64,000 nt of DNA. Source: Octopus sinensis. Its lineage: Eukaryota. Positions 1 through 13,515 of this stretch are shown in pieces. Location: contig NC_043000.1 of NCBI RefSeq assembly GCF_006345805.1, positions 51,584,001-51,648,000 of the forward strand, in the 5' to 3' direction. How positions within the stretch are numbered: the stretch's first letter is position 1; every line of letters begins with the position of its first letter. Position numbers and translations under genes: made by a program. The notes under the pieces are model-generated. The model made no database searches and was not told the origin of the DNA. It saw nothing but the letters and a program-made list of their open reading frames with translations.

Positions 1-1170
1 TTTGGAAGTTTGTTTTATTTGAAAGGTGTAACCTTATCATACAGTCTCCTCCTGAGTTTGCCTGCAGACTGTGAGTGTAAGTGTCTATAGAAAACCCAGG
101 AACTAACACTATAAGTCAGTGTATCGAATAAGTTACCATTGAAATAAAAGAAATAGACAATACTTTTATTCAGTGTGGTTTATTTTCATACCAATTTATA
201 TTCTTCATGCACTGACTATCCTTCATGTTCAGAAATGTTCCCTTTAGCTGTCTTATCTCACTGTAATGGCTATACTCAATAGAATCATGTCTCCACACTG
301 TAAAAGTGCTCCTATGACATTTTCCCCTGTTACCCCCCCCCCCCCCCCCCCCACACACACACATTTTTCTCTCCTTCTCCTTCTTACTGACACATGCACA
401 CAAGCACATGTGAACACACTTGTATGCACAAGTATAACAATAGTATTTCATAGAAATCTAGGTTTCACTGTGTTTCATGACAAAGGAGATCTAATGAAAT
501 TCTAAACTAGAAAATAAATGAATAAATATATCAGAAATAATGTATTAAAGAAAATATGCTACAGTATAACAGCACTGCATTTTTTTTCCTGTTTTCTTTT
601 ACTTCTACTACTTTTTTTTTAACCATTTATGAAAATTTTCTTTCTTTTTTTTTTGCATAACTCATATTTCAATCTGCTTTGCAAAAGCTGTTTTACCAAA
701 GTAAAAATACACACACACACACACACACTCACACACACATACTCAAGCAATTGGGGAATTGATTTATAGAGTACAGAAAGGCAGCATAGTCCGCTTAGTT
801 ATTGAATTTGTTTCATGCTAAATAGTTGAAGCCATAAAATTTGGTTGTTCTTCCCTTCTTTATAATTCTATAGCAACCATTGACATATTTTCCCCTGGAC
901 TCTGAAAATCCTGAATTGTTTTTGCATTTTCTCTTTTGATATTTTCTATTTATAAGTTTTGTTTTTAATATTCTTAAACAGTCCCTTATTTCCCTTAAAA
1001 GAGATCTATGACTACATGCTGTGAGATATAGCCTGTAATCCAAATTTTAATTCCTACAAAGGCAATCTTTTCTTAGATTCCTATGCACATTTTATTCTTG
1101 CATTTTTTCATTTTTATGTTCTTTTTTTTTTCTTTTGTTCTTTTCTCCCCATTCTTTCCCCTGAAATAAT

Positions 1171-1318
1171 TTCAGGCCAATAATTGAATTTTCTTCAACT
1201 TTTAATACATAGCATTAATTTTAGCAGAGAATTTTCAATAGAGTTCTTTGGAATTTGAAAACAAGGATTAAAATTTTGCAGATGAAATAAAATCCAAAAG
1301 ATAATAATAGTAATAATG

Positions 1319-1360
<42 letters not shown>

Positions 1361-3610
1361 TTATATGCTCACAGGCATTAATGTGTGTTTAAGAAGCTCA
1401 CTTCACAACATCATAGTTTCAGGTTCATTCCTACTGTTCAGAACCTAGTGTGTGTGTGAGTGTGTAGGATTGTGTGAGAGATGGAGAGAATTGGTGTATT
1501 TTTGAGAGGATATCACTGAAAACCTATGTATGTATTTTGTAGCTAAATGGACAGGGCAGAAATTCAGTTAGAACAATGTTTGTGATTTAACTGCTGGAAA
1601 TGAATTAAATTGTTGTTTTTATGCATCATTCATGCTATTAAATTGTAAGCATGCAGCATTCTCAAGCACACTGGCCACTGCATGACACCCTGGAGCAAGT
1701 GTCATTTATTATAACTGTGAACTGACTAATCCTTTGTAAGTGGTATTAGCAAATGGTATCTGTATGGAATGACATCATTCATATCATCATCATTATCATT
1801 TAATGTCCACTTGTCTTTGATTGCATAAGTTAGACATTAGGTGGTGAGCTGGCAGAACCGTTAGCATACCGGGCGAAGTGCGTAGCTGTATTTCGTCTGC
1901 TGTTACGTTCTGAGTTCAAATTCCACCGAGGTCGACTTTGCCTTTCATCCTTTTGGGGTCGATAAATTAAGTACCAGTTATGCACTGGGGTCGATGTAAT
2001 CTGCTTAATCCGTTTGTCTGTCCTTGTTTGTCCCCTCTATGTTTAGCCCCTTGTGGGTAATAAAGAAACAGATTGCATAAGTTAGACAGAATCTGTTGAG
2101 GTGGATCTTCTGCATTGAGATGCCCTTCCTAATGTAATCTTACCCCATGGTCATTCACTTTCCATGGAAGACTAGAAATGAAGAATGCCACTCTTGCATG
2201 ACAGTGATACTTGCTTACAACACATTGGAAGAGGAAATATCTCAAAGAAATGGGAACTGAGTGGGACACTGTTCACAAGGTTCAGTTGCCTGATATGACC
2301 CGAGCATATATAGACAAACTGATGGATGTATTGACATGCTGCAATGGTGAAGGCCTCCACAGCTACCCTGAGTGGTGAGGAAAGATGAAGTAAGCCATAG
2401 TTAGATTTCATTTGTTGATCCTCTTGAATAATCCAGGGCTTATCAGAAAAACTTGAAATAATCCAAAAAATGCTGCAATTATATAATTTTCTAATATTTT
2501 AAAACGGGAGCTGATTTTAACCTATCATCCCATCCTACACTGTTTTATCACTTGTTTTGTTTGTTTCTTTGCTGTCTTTTTATTTAAAATTTGTTTATTT
2601 GCCTAGTTGTTTATTATTCTTATTTTTACTGCTGTTTTTCATAGTTTTTCACTCATTACTACAACTACTATCATTACCACCACCATCACCACCACTGCTG
2701 CTGCTGTCACCAACATCACTACTACTACTACTACTACTTTTCAGTTTTGGCAGAAGATTCAGTTTCCTAGTTTTTTTTTGTTGTTTTTTTTTTCATTGCC
2801 AGGTTTTCTGTGTCAGTGATTGGAGAAAGTCCTAAACACTTCAACTTATCATTTGGCCTAATCCATATTTCTAAAATTTTATTGAAAAAAAATAAACAAA
2901 AAAAAAGACCAACATCACTATCATCGGCATAGTCATCACTTTTCCTGTTTATGAGTAAATAAGTGAATTGATTAATTTAAAATAACGAACACATACACAC
3001 CACACAAAATGTTGGCCACATTTAAATATTCAAAGATAATATATTACTAGATTGCTAAATACTGAATTGATTTATTAACCTCATCTTGTACTCTTACCAT
3101 CTTTACAACATTTCACTCCATTCAATATATTTACTGATTTTCTTACGGTGCCAAATTTTCATATATGAAAATATTTCTGAGGTTAGATATTAAATTCAAT
3201 ATAATTTATCTACTTTTTATTTATTTTAATGCCATTTAGATATATTTCATTATAGACAGCTAGGTTGGATTAACCCTTTAAATGTGAAATTAAATTTCAT
3301 GGTTATTCCAGAGATAAATATCTTCTGAACGTTTCAGGCCAATAATTGAATTTTCTTCAACTTTTGATACACAGCATTAATTTTAGCAGAGAATTTTCAA
3401 TAAAGTTCATTGGAATTTGAAAACAAGGATTAAAATTTTGCAGATAAAATTAAATCCAAGCGAAAATAGTAGTAGTAGTAATAATAATAATAATTATAAT
3501 AATAATAATAATAATAACATATGTTAACAGGCATTAATGTGTGTTCAAGAAGCTCACTCCACAACCACATGGTTTCAAGTTCATTCCTCTTGTTCAGAAC
3601 CTAGTGTGTG
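1171..3610 (+). repeat. Local ~290-bp direct duplication (1171-1460 and 3332-3610)
   Basis: Both copies read ttcaggccaataattgaattttcttcaactttt..gaatttgaaaacaaggattaaaattttgcagat..(AAT)n..ggcattaatgtgtg..gttcagaacctagtgtgtgt. Confidence 0.85.
1839..2070 (+). mobile_element. tRNA-derived SINE family 'A'
   Basis: ggtgagctggcaga (A-box-like), gagttcaaattcc (B box), conserved core gtcgactttgcctttcatcc..ggggtcgataaattaagtaccag. More than 14 copies in the window. Confidence 0.85.
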
Positions 3611-3676
3611 TATGTGTGTGTGCGTGTGTGTGTATACATATGAGTATGTATGTGTATATATATATATATATTTATA

Positions 3677-4086
3677 TCTTTTAGTCTTTTACTTGTTTCA
3701 GTCATTTGACTGCGGCCATGTTGGAGCACCACCTTTAGTCGAGCGAATCGACCCCATGACTTATTCTTTGTAAGCCTAGTACTTATTTTATTGGTCTTTT
3801 TTGCTGAACCACTAAGCTACGGGGACGTAAACACACCAGCATCAGTTGTCAAGTGATGTTGGGGGGACAAACACAAGCACACAAACGCACACACACACAC
3901 ACATATATATATATACATACATATACAACGAGCTTCTTTCAGTTTCCGTCTACCAAATCCACTCGCGAGGCTTTGGTCAGCCAGAGGCTATAGTAGAAGA
4001 CACTTGCTCAAGGTGCCACACAGTGGGACTGAACCCGAAGCCATGTGGTTGGTAAGGAAGCTACTTACCACACAGCCACTCCTGCA

Positions 4087-4089
<3 letters not shown>
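3677..4089 (-). mobile_element. SINE family 'B' copy
   Basis: Reverse complement of 27235-27630. Confidence 0.85.
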
Positions 4090-4173
<84 letters not shown>

Positions 4174-4781
4174 CATACACTCACATATGAATATATATGT
4201 GTGTGAAAAATGTAATTAGTATTTTCTGCAAGTCGTGTTGCCTCAGTAAACTTGACATCTTCCAACAAAGATAGATTGGCATATAAAACTGCTTGCTGCA
4301 GATAAGGGTAATGAAATTTTGAATGGATATTTCTGATTTCTCTAATAAATGGGTCAAGGCTTGGTTAAGTTTACTAAATAGGATCTACAATATCCAGTTT
4401 GTATGTTCTTGTAAAATTTAATTTTAGTTTTTTATTGTTTGTCTTAATGTAATATAGCATTTTGATTGTTCAGAGTATAGATATCCATTTGTTGTGTAGA
4501 AGCATGAAGTTAGCTTGGAGGGAAAAACATTAATAGCAGTCATTGTCATTCCTTGATATACTGGTGCAATGCCAGAGGTAGCTAATGACTTTCCATGTAT
4601 CAAAGTTCAATTTTACTCTCTCTTAATTATCAATCCTAAGCAAGAAATATGCCTTTGAGAAAAATAACAAAAATAACTGAAAAACAAATACTTGTCTCTA
4701 TGCAAGAGAGGAATATAAGTTTGCATGTGTATACATGTACGAGCATGTTTCCCACATACACACATATAAACATACATATAT

Positions 4782-5155
4782 GAGTGGCTGTGTGGTAAGT
4801 AGCTTGCTTACCAACAACTTGGTTCTGGGTTCAGTCCCACTGTGTGGCACCTTGGGCAAGTGTCTTCTACTATAGCCTCGAGGCGACCAAAGCCTTGTGA
4901 GTGGATTTGGTAGACGGAAACTGAAAGAAGCCTATCGTGTATATGTATATATATGTGTGTGTGTGTGTGTGTGTCCCCAACATCGCTTGACAACTGATGC
5001 TGGTGTGTTTATATCCTTGTAACTTAGCTGTTTTTGGCAAAAGAGACCAATAGAATAAGTACTAGGCTTACAAAGAATTAGTCCTGGGGTCGATTTGATC
5101 GACTAAAGGCGTTGCTCCAGCATGGCCACAGTCAAATGACTGAAACAAGTAAAAC
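4782..5155 (+). mobile_element. SINE family 'B' copy
   Basis: Matches 27235-27630. Confidence 0.85.
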
Positions 5156-5522
5156 ATTATATATGTTAAGTGTGAGAATTCCACTTTAAAACCACAAAGT
5201 ACCCAGCTTGATCCCACTGTATGGCACTTTGGGTGAGTATCATTTTCTATAGACTCAGGTTGAGTAATACCTCGTGTGGAATTTGATAGGCAGTAACTAT
5301 ATAGAAGCCTATTGTATAAAGACATCTGTGCACATGCACAAATACGCATGTGATTTTCAGAGGTATGGTTTAAAAAGAACTAAGTGAATAAAGATTGCAT
5401 ATTACCTCTGCAAAACTTCCAACCATGGCTATGAAAATCCAGTGTTAATTTTTGATGCTTCAGAGTATTTTTGACTCCTACTGTTAGCAAAGCTGGTGCT
5501 TCATAGTGCCTTTCCTCCTCCT

Positions 5523-6017
5523 CATCGTCATCATCCTTTTACGTCCGCTTTCTATGCTAGCATGGGTTGGATGATTTGACTGAGGACTGGCAAACCAGAT
5601 GGCTGTGCCTGGCTCCACTCTGATCTGACAGAGTTTCTACAGCTGGATGCCCTTCCTAATGCCAACCACTCCAAGAGTGTAGTGGGTGCTTTTACGTGCC
5701 ACCGGCACGAGGACCAGTCTGGCAGTACTGGCAACGGCCATGCTCAAAATGGTGTTTTTTACGTGCCACCTGCACAGGAGTCAGTCCAGCGACACTGGCA
5801 ACGACCTTGCTCGAATGTTTTGTTCACGTGCCACCAGCACAAGTGCCAGTAAGGCGACACTGATAATGACCATGCTCAGATGGTGCTTTTTATGTGCCCA
5901 CCGGCACAGAAGCTGGACAGCTGCTCTGGCAGTGATCCCACTCGGATGGAGCTGTTAGCGCTCACTGGCACAGATGCCAGTCATTGAATTTCGTTCGATT
6001 TCGATTTCACTTGCCCC
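5523..6017 (-). mobile_element. Retroposon family 'C' with (GAT)n tail and internal tandem ggtgctttttacgtgccacc units; other copies 29797-30045(+), 41186-41495(-), 46394-46602(-), 48249-48411(+)
   Basis: Shared catgctagcatgggttgga..ctggatgcccttcctaatgccaaccactc, a common (CAT)n/(GAT)n end, and variable truncation at the other end. Confidence 0.8.
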
Positions 6018-6416
6018 TTGTATACACGATGTTAAGCTTGCCACCACTAGCATTATCATCTCTCATGAGTATTAATGTTCTTTATATATTTATAAATTTA
6101 TTCACTTAGTTCATTTCCTCAATGCGGCTTGGGCACTGAAATGAATACAGGCATTGGTTGAAGGGATATATAGGTTTGTTATGAGTAGACTTGGCTGAAG
6201 AGAATCTAGTGCTTTTGGTGCTAAATTTGAGATCATGATACCAGATTAACTGGCATTCCTTCTTGCAATTTTGCAGAGGTAAGATGCAATCCTTATTCAC
6301 TTAGCTTTTTGCCAATCATGCCTGTGAAAATATAATTTTTGTGACTTTGGAGTAATTTTTGACTCCTACTCTTTGCAAAGCTGATGCTTCATAGTGCTGG
6401 TGTTATATATAACTGT

Positions 6417-6449
<33 letters not shown>

Positions 6450-6534
6450 GCATATATATATATGCATATATATTTATGGATGTGTATGTATGCATATATA
6501 TATGCATACATATTTATGGATGTGTATATATGTA

Positions 6535-6594
<60 letters not shown>

Positions 6595-6804
6595 TGTATA
6601 TATTTATGTATATGTATATATATATGCATGTATTTTTATATATATTTATGTATGCATGTATGTATATATATATATATATGCATATATATATATATATATA
6701 TACATATATATATGCATATATATATATATACATATATATATACATAATATATACATATATACATATATATATACATATACATATATATATATATACATAT
6801 ATAC

Positions 6805-6836
<32 letters not shown>

Positions 6837-7400
6837 GTATGCATATGTAGGTATATAGATATATATGTAAGTGTGTGTGTGTATATATATATATATTATA
6901 TATATATATACAGATAGATAGATAAATAGATATATAGATAGATAGATAGATAGATGTAGATATATAGAAATAATGGAGATTCAGTTGAATTAGGTACTTA
7001 AGTTGAAGCACCAAGTCATTCCGGTATTATCCTCGCAGCTCAAAGTAAGGTGAATAAAATCAAAATATGCAACAGGATATCAAGTAGTGATGCAGTACAA
7101 CTGTTTCAAGTCGCACCATTTAATTGAACAATGTGGTCATTACATCAATTTAAATGCAGTGTCATCTTTCACCTGCACAAATAAATGAATAGAAATTTAA
7201 CTAGTAGGACACATTAATATAATTTTTCTCAAATATTTCAACAGAATAAGAAGATTGAAGAAATCAATGTTGTCGCTATTGTTGCTAGGAATCGCATGAA
7301 GCCTAGTAGGGTCACAGTGTTGCAAGGGATTGTAATTCATTTCGATATATATATATGTATAGATATGAATGTGTATATATATATATATATATATTATATA

Positions 7401-7790
7401 CTCTTTTACTTGTTTCAGTCATTTGACTGCGGCCATGCTGGAGCACCGTCTTTAGTTGAGCAAATCGACCCCAGGACTTATTCATTGTAAGCCTAGTACT
7501 TATTCTATCGCTCTCTTTTTGCCAAACCGCTAAGTTACGGGTACGAAAACACACCAGTATTGGTTGTCAAGTGATTTTGGGGGACAAATACAGACACACA
7601 AACACACACATATATGTATACATATATACGACGGGCTTCTTTCAGTTTCCGTCTACCGATTTGGTCACAAGGCTTTGGTCAGCCCGAGGCTATAGTAGAA
7701 GACACTTGTTCAAGGTGCCACGCACTGGGACTGAACCCGGAACCATGTGGTTAGTAAGCAAGCTACTTACCACACAGCCACTCTTGCGCC
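7401..7790 (-). mobile_element. SINE family 'B' copy; partial copy also at 58525-58790 (+)
   Basis: Reverse complement of 27235-27630. Confidence 0.85.
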
Positions 7791-8017
7791 TATATATATA
7801 TATATATATAAAATACAAAATGGGGCAACAATGCAAAACATCCAAACAGGTGATACAAAAACTGAACAACAAAACATCCAGATAGACGATACAAAGAAAA
7901 CAAAGATAGGTCATTCAGAGTTTTCTTTCCTCAGTCGAGTTCCAGATTATCTTTGCAGTTTTGGTTGGTTATACTTGAGATTGCTCCAATCAGGCCAGCC
8001 CCAAGGAAAATCTAATT

Positions 8018-8200
8018 TTGGTGGGAGAGTACCAGTCAATTAGATCAACCCCAGTATGCAACTGGTACTTAATTTCTCAGCCCCAAAATGATGAATGGCA
8101 AAATTGACCTCGGCGGAATTTGAACTCGGAACGTAAAGACATACAAAATACCACTAAGCATTTTGTCCAGTCTGCTAATGGTTCTGCCAGCTTGCCACCT
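8018..8200 (-). mobile_element. SINE family 'A' copy
   Basis: Reverse complement of the family A head and core. Confidence 0.75.
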
Positions 8201-8623
8201 TACAATTATAGATTATATTGTTACAATCTCTGAAGTACTAAAGATGTAATACACATTTAGAATAACGTGAAAAAGTTGAATAAAAAAAGGGTAATAATCA
8301 TAGATGCATTCTAGTTTTTTTTCTTTTCAAATTGTTAGTATTCTAATTGTATTAAAGCTATGATTTGATCTGTCATTATTGTCATCTACTGCTCCAAAAT
8401 TATATTAACCTCTTTGCTGTATGTAGTTATATTTTCCAATGAGAGAGAATGGCATGGCCATAGTTTTGTAGTTTTCATTAGAATTATATTGATTCTTATA
8501 TTCAGGAGTTCAAGACAATTGGATTGTTGTGACTATATCAGTTCCTCCCTATTGCAAAATGAATTGGGACATGATGATGTGAGAGTACTTCTTATAACTT
8601 TCTCTTTTTATCAAGAAATGAAT

Positions 8624-8654
<31 letters not shown>

Positions 8655-8901
8655 ATATATATATAATATATATATATATATATTGTTTCTGTTTTTGATA
8701 GTTGATCATGGTTTTTATGGCTTACTGGCTTTGTACAGAAACCAGTCTGAAATTGATTTTTGCTAATGTCTGGAAATTAAAGACAAAAGTCAACTGGTCT
8801 TTATAGCGTTGAGCAGTGATAAAAGTTAAACATTATGCTGTGAGGTGACTGCCTACTTAAAGATCTAGATAGCAATAATCTATTAATTATTATTATTATT
8901 T

Positions 8902-9115
8902 AGGTGGTGAGCTGGCAGAATCATTAGTGTGCCGTGCAGATGCTTTGTGACATTTCATCCGTCCTTATGTTCTGAGTTCAAATTCCATTGAGGTCAACTT
9001 TACCTTTCATCCATTCAGGGTCAATAAAATAAGTAACATTTATGCACCAGAGTCAATGTAATTGACGTGCCCCCTCCCCAAAATTTCAGGCCTTGTGCCT
9101 AGAGTTGAAAGGATT
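8902..9115 (+). mobile_element. SINE family 'A' copy between (ATT)n tracts
   Basis: Family A head and core with an (ATT)n tail. Confidence 0.8.
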
Positions 9116-9131
9116 AATATTATTATTATTA

Positions 9132-9173
<42 letters not shown>

Positions 9174-9868
9174 GTGATGAAAACTCACAGCTTATTTTGC
9201 TGGGTATGATGGAAAGTATCAGCTGTCAACAGCCAGCAGACTAAGGGGACACTTATTTACTGGTCGTGCTTCAAAAACCCTACAAAAAATTCTTGCAGTT
9301 CCAAACAATGCTGATTTTTGTAGGTGTTCTACCTTCACACTTGCACTAATCTTCTTTGACCATGTTAGTAGCTGAGTGCTAATACTTCCAAGTGCACCAA
9401 TTACTATTGGCATCATGTTTACTCTCATTATTGACAACAACCTTTGTCTTTCCCACTTCAAATCATCATAGTTATCTATTTTCTCTTCTTTCACTTTAAT
9501 CCTGTTGTCATTAGAGCATGCTATGCCAATTATCAGACATGTGCTTTCTTTTTTATTTACCACAACAATGTCTGGTTTCCAATGTCTGGTCAGGTGATCA
9601 CACTGGATCATTGCATCCCATAGGATTTTGCAATACACATTGTCAGTGACTCCTTCCGGGGTTTTCTCATACCTTGTCTTTGCTCTTTATAGGCCATGAT
9701 TTCCACAGAGCTTCCAATAGATCATTCTTGCCACATTGTCGTGACATCTTTTATATTTGTATTGTGCCAATTTCGGGCAATTGCTAATGATGTACCATAC
9801 CATTTTACCCCTCTCACCACACATTATGCATTTGTCACTATCGGTAGTGTTGTCTATTCTGCACTTTA
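9174..9868 (-). mobile_element. Older 5'-truncated RLE-type (R4/Dong-like) LINE 3' end
   Basis: KCIMCGE..YIISNCPKLAQYKYKRCHDNVA..ILWDAMIQCD..KPDIVVV..PIVIGALG..LQKSALFGTARI. Flanked by (TAA)n. Confidence 0.8.
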
Positions 9869-10910
9869 TTATTATTAATACTAGCAGAAAAAAAACTGCC
9901 CTCTGGGTGGTTTTCTGCTGGCATATGTGTTGCACATTGATATTATATATACATATAGACATGGTACATAAATTGTAAAGTGAATTGATAATATGCTCAT
10001 GAATTGAACACAGACTCTATTATAGTTTATTCTGTTATCAGTAAAATAATCTATGATGCATTTAAAGAAGATGATAATGAAAATTGGAAAAGAGATGAGA
10101 CTGTCAAGGGAAAATGTTCATGAATCTTCACTTGAGTGAATTTGAAAATAAATGCTCTGGTGGGAATTAATTATATTTACCAATATGAGGAGTCGAGTTT
10201 TGCTATATTGTTGTTTCATTATATTCACTTATAGACGTCTTACAAGTTTCTAGTGTCCCTTTCCTAGCAGTTAAAAAGAAACTTAATACATTTCAATTAA
10301 AAGAGAGTAATGAATGTTTCACATCACTAGAATATTTTTGCAGACACATCTGTCAGCAAATGGACCCTCTTCATTTATTTCGGTTTATATTTTTACATTT
10401 TCTTGACGCTCTTGATAATGCAACATATATCTGACCATGTGCAAAGAATTGTGTTGGGAGATGATATTATTGACTAAATAATTTCAAAGTGGTACCCCAG
10501 ATTGACAGCAGTCTAACACAATTTGAAAACTTAATTCTATTAGATAGAGATTATTGTTTTTGCACTACGTAATACTTTTAAAAATAATTTACTCGCTTAT
10601 TTCATATTTGTTTTGTTTTTTTGCTTTATTACATTTTTTATGAATGCAAAGAAAAGCTATTTCCTTATATATGGAATTCAGATAGAATTTGACATTTAAA
10701 AGAGAAACAAATCTTGTAATATTAAACATTATAATTTATGTTTAATATACAAATAAACTTTATAGTTTAGAAATTTTTTTAATATTCATTTATAATTTCT
10801 TCAAAGTAATATAACTTTTCTAATAACATGGGAAAAAACAAATAATTTGGACACAGTCCCACACTTCTTCAATCATTATAATATAGATTGTTATTATTAT
10901 TATTATTATT

Positions 10911-11136
10911 AGGCTGCGAGCTGGCAGAATTGTTAGCACGCCGGGTGAAATGCTTAGCAGTTTTTCATCTGTCTTTACATTCTGAGTTCAAATTTCGCCA
11001 TGGTTGACTTTGCCTTTCATCCTTCCGGGGTCGATAAATTATGTACCAGTGAAACACTGGGGTTAGTGTAATCAACTGGTCCCATCCCCACAAATATGAG
11101 GTCTTGTGCTCCGAGTAGAAAGTATTATTATTATCA

Positions 11137-11184
<48 letters not shown>

Positions 11185-11400
11185 TGGCAAGATAGTTGAA
11201 TTGTTAACACATCAAATGAAATGCCTAGAAACATTTTTTCTGGCTCTTTATGTTCTGAGTTCAAATCCCACTAAGATCAACTTTACCTTTCATGATTGTT
11301 AAAAATATGTTAAAACTAAGTACCAGCTGGGCACTAGGGTCAATGTAATCAAGTAAGATTTTCCTTCAAAATGTCAGGTCTTGTGCCTTTAATAAAGAGA
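10911..11400 (+). mobile_element. Two tandem SINE 'A' copies (10911-11122, 11182-11400) separated by (ATT)n
   Basis: Family A head and core present twice. Confidence 0.78.
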
Positions 11401-13515
11401 ATTATTCTTATCCACCAAAACAAGCTGGAGTTCTTTGTCTCACTGTTTTACTAACTTATTTGTTTGCATTAGATAAAACAGAATGATTTTCATATCAGTC
11501 TATTATAACGTTCATTTTGTCCATTTGAAGATGGATAGTAAAGTGTTCTTTCAGTCTTGAGAATATTAGATTTGCATAAAATTTCCCAAATTCGGTTCTT
11601 TCACACTGAATTCCCTGGTCAGTGTATCCAAAGTTTTGAGCACTATATAATGAAGTAAAAAGCTTTGAATAATAGCTTTAGAAGTTGTTTTTCTTAAGGC
11701 AAAAAGCACAAAAGTTTTAGGTAAAGTTAGTGAGTACTGTCAGAATACCAGAGTTGTTCATTTTAATAATCTGTTGTTCTACAATGTTGAAGTTTCATTG
11801 CATAAGTAAGCCTGCATAAGTAAGCCAAATATACTTTTGATGAAGTGAGGTTTTAACTTTGGGTATGTAACGCAATATAATTTTATCCATAATGCTTTTT
11901 CATAATCAGTTATTACAATTAAATGCTTTCATATAAGCAATTTTTCATATTTTATATTTATCTGTTCACTATTTCATATTAATTCATAATGTTCAGCAGT
12001 TGTAGAATTTCTACTTAAGTTATTTGCAGTCAAATACTCTCTTCTAAGGAGTATCACATTTCCAATAAGAACTCTGAGAGCTGTTGTCTCCAATTCTGTA
12101 GTTTAGCATTTACAATAGCAGTTTTAGATCAACTAGCAAATAGGAAAACTGTTGTATTTTTTTGTGTATGGTGATGCCACATCTTTTCAACATATTTTAG
12201 TATTGTGCCATTAACTCTGCAATGATTCATTATTTTCAATATTTTATCTAATTGAATAGAAGTAAATTGGTTGCCTATTTTGTATTGAAACACAGTCAAA
12301 TTGGTTTCTGTGGAAGTAGTGGACCACATACTAGAACAGATAACAAAGCCTTTGCAACACTGTCTTTCAGTTTCTTAATTACTCCAAGACATTCAGCTGA
12401 CAATGAAAAACATTCATATTGTTTAGCATCAAAAACAATACTATTTCAACAAAATCTTTTAATCATTTTAAACACTACTCAATTAATTTGATGAAACACT
12501 CAATTTCTGAGCTTCACATGGAGAAAACACCAGTAGAAGCTGCTGTCTTTGGGATCAAGCAGCATCCTGATTATTTTTAAAAACATTCATCAAGGAATAG
12601 AAACTTTGAATTTACAATTCTTTTTTTTTTTCAGTGGATTGTTACTCTTTGAGTTTTAAGTAAAATGAGAGTTCTTTTGGACATGTTTGAAGAAAGTTAA
12701 CAAATTTTCATCATGGATTATTTCAGTTTTTCTCTAAATATCACCAAATCAGGTTATGAACTTCCTCCTTTCATATCTTTGTCAATTTCTCTTATCACTA
12801 TGCCCCAAATTGGCAATTCACTTATGTGTAACCCTAAATGCCAATCATGCAAATTGGAACTTCTGCACCATCATGAAGTTGTTCAAATTGTTTTCTAAAC
12901 CATTTCCTTTTCCAGTTGCTTTACTTCTGTAGTTGCTATTGTTTAACCCAGATCAATCTTGATTGAATAGACCTATGATCAAAGCACTTCATTTATGACC
13001 ATCTCATCTTTTCTGTTTGGGCAGGAAACTCAGGACCACATTAATCTATGTGTTCTTTTCTTAAAATGAGTGTGATTTGTGGAAGATTTGGCTGCTACTT
13101 TTTACAGTTCATTTGCTCATCATTTCTATTGTTGTCTTAAGTGGTGTTGGGTTGAAAGTGTTTGTAATTTTTCCTATCAGTTATCTGTCTTGGTATCAAC
13201 CTTATTAACAATACTATTATTATAATTCTTCCAGAATTCTATAGAACCAATGGTAGTTTTATTACTGGATACTTTGTCCATGTTTGGCTATCTATTATCC
13301 CTTTTCATTATGCCCATTAAGTTCAAATACGGATTGATGCAGTTATTTTCTCTTTGTTCATTTCTGCTTTAGAACATATGAAATCCATAATATTCCAAAG
13401 CTTTGACAATTAAATTGTTGTCTGGAGATTGATCAACTATAATGTATATCATAAAAAAAACAAATTTTTGTCATCCTGCCAATTTTACATTTTACCATTT
13501 TAGTATTATTATTAT

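Noticed and set aside
5690-5980. Regularly repeated ggtgctttttacgtgccacc units resembling a CRISPR-like array (also 41340-41495)
   Set aside because: The spacers are mutually similar, the units are internal to a multi-copy retroposon, the context is eukaryotic and there are no cas genes.
6110-6278. Exon-like segment with ag/gtaag boundaries (similarly 60970-61101 on minus)
   Set aside because: All three frames contain stops and there is no other support; it could only be a non-coding or terminal exon.
6384-7014. Long YI/IY-rich ORFs (also 19642-19920, 26424-26812, 55892-57178, 60147-60491) and poly-I/L/Y/N ORFs (17074-18957, 39968-40277)
   Set aside because: They are translations of (TA)n, (CA)n and (ATT)n microsatellites, not genes.
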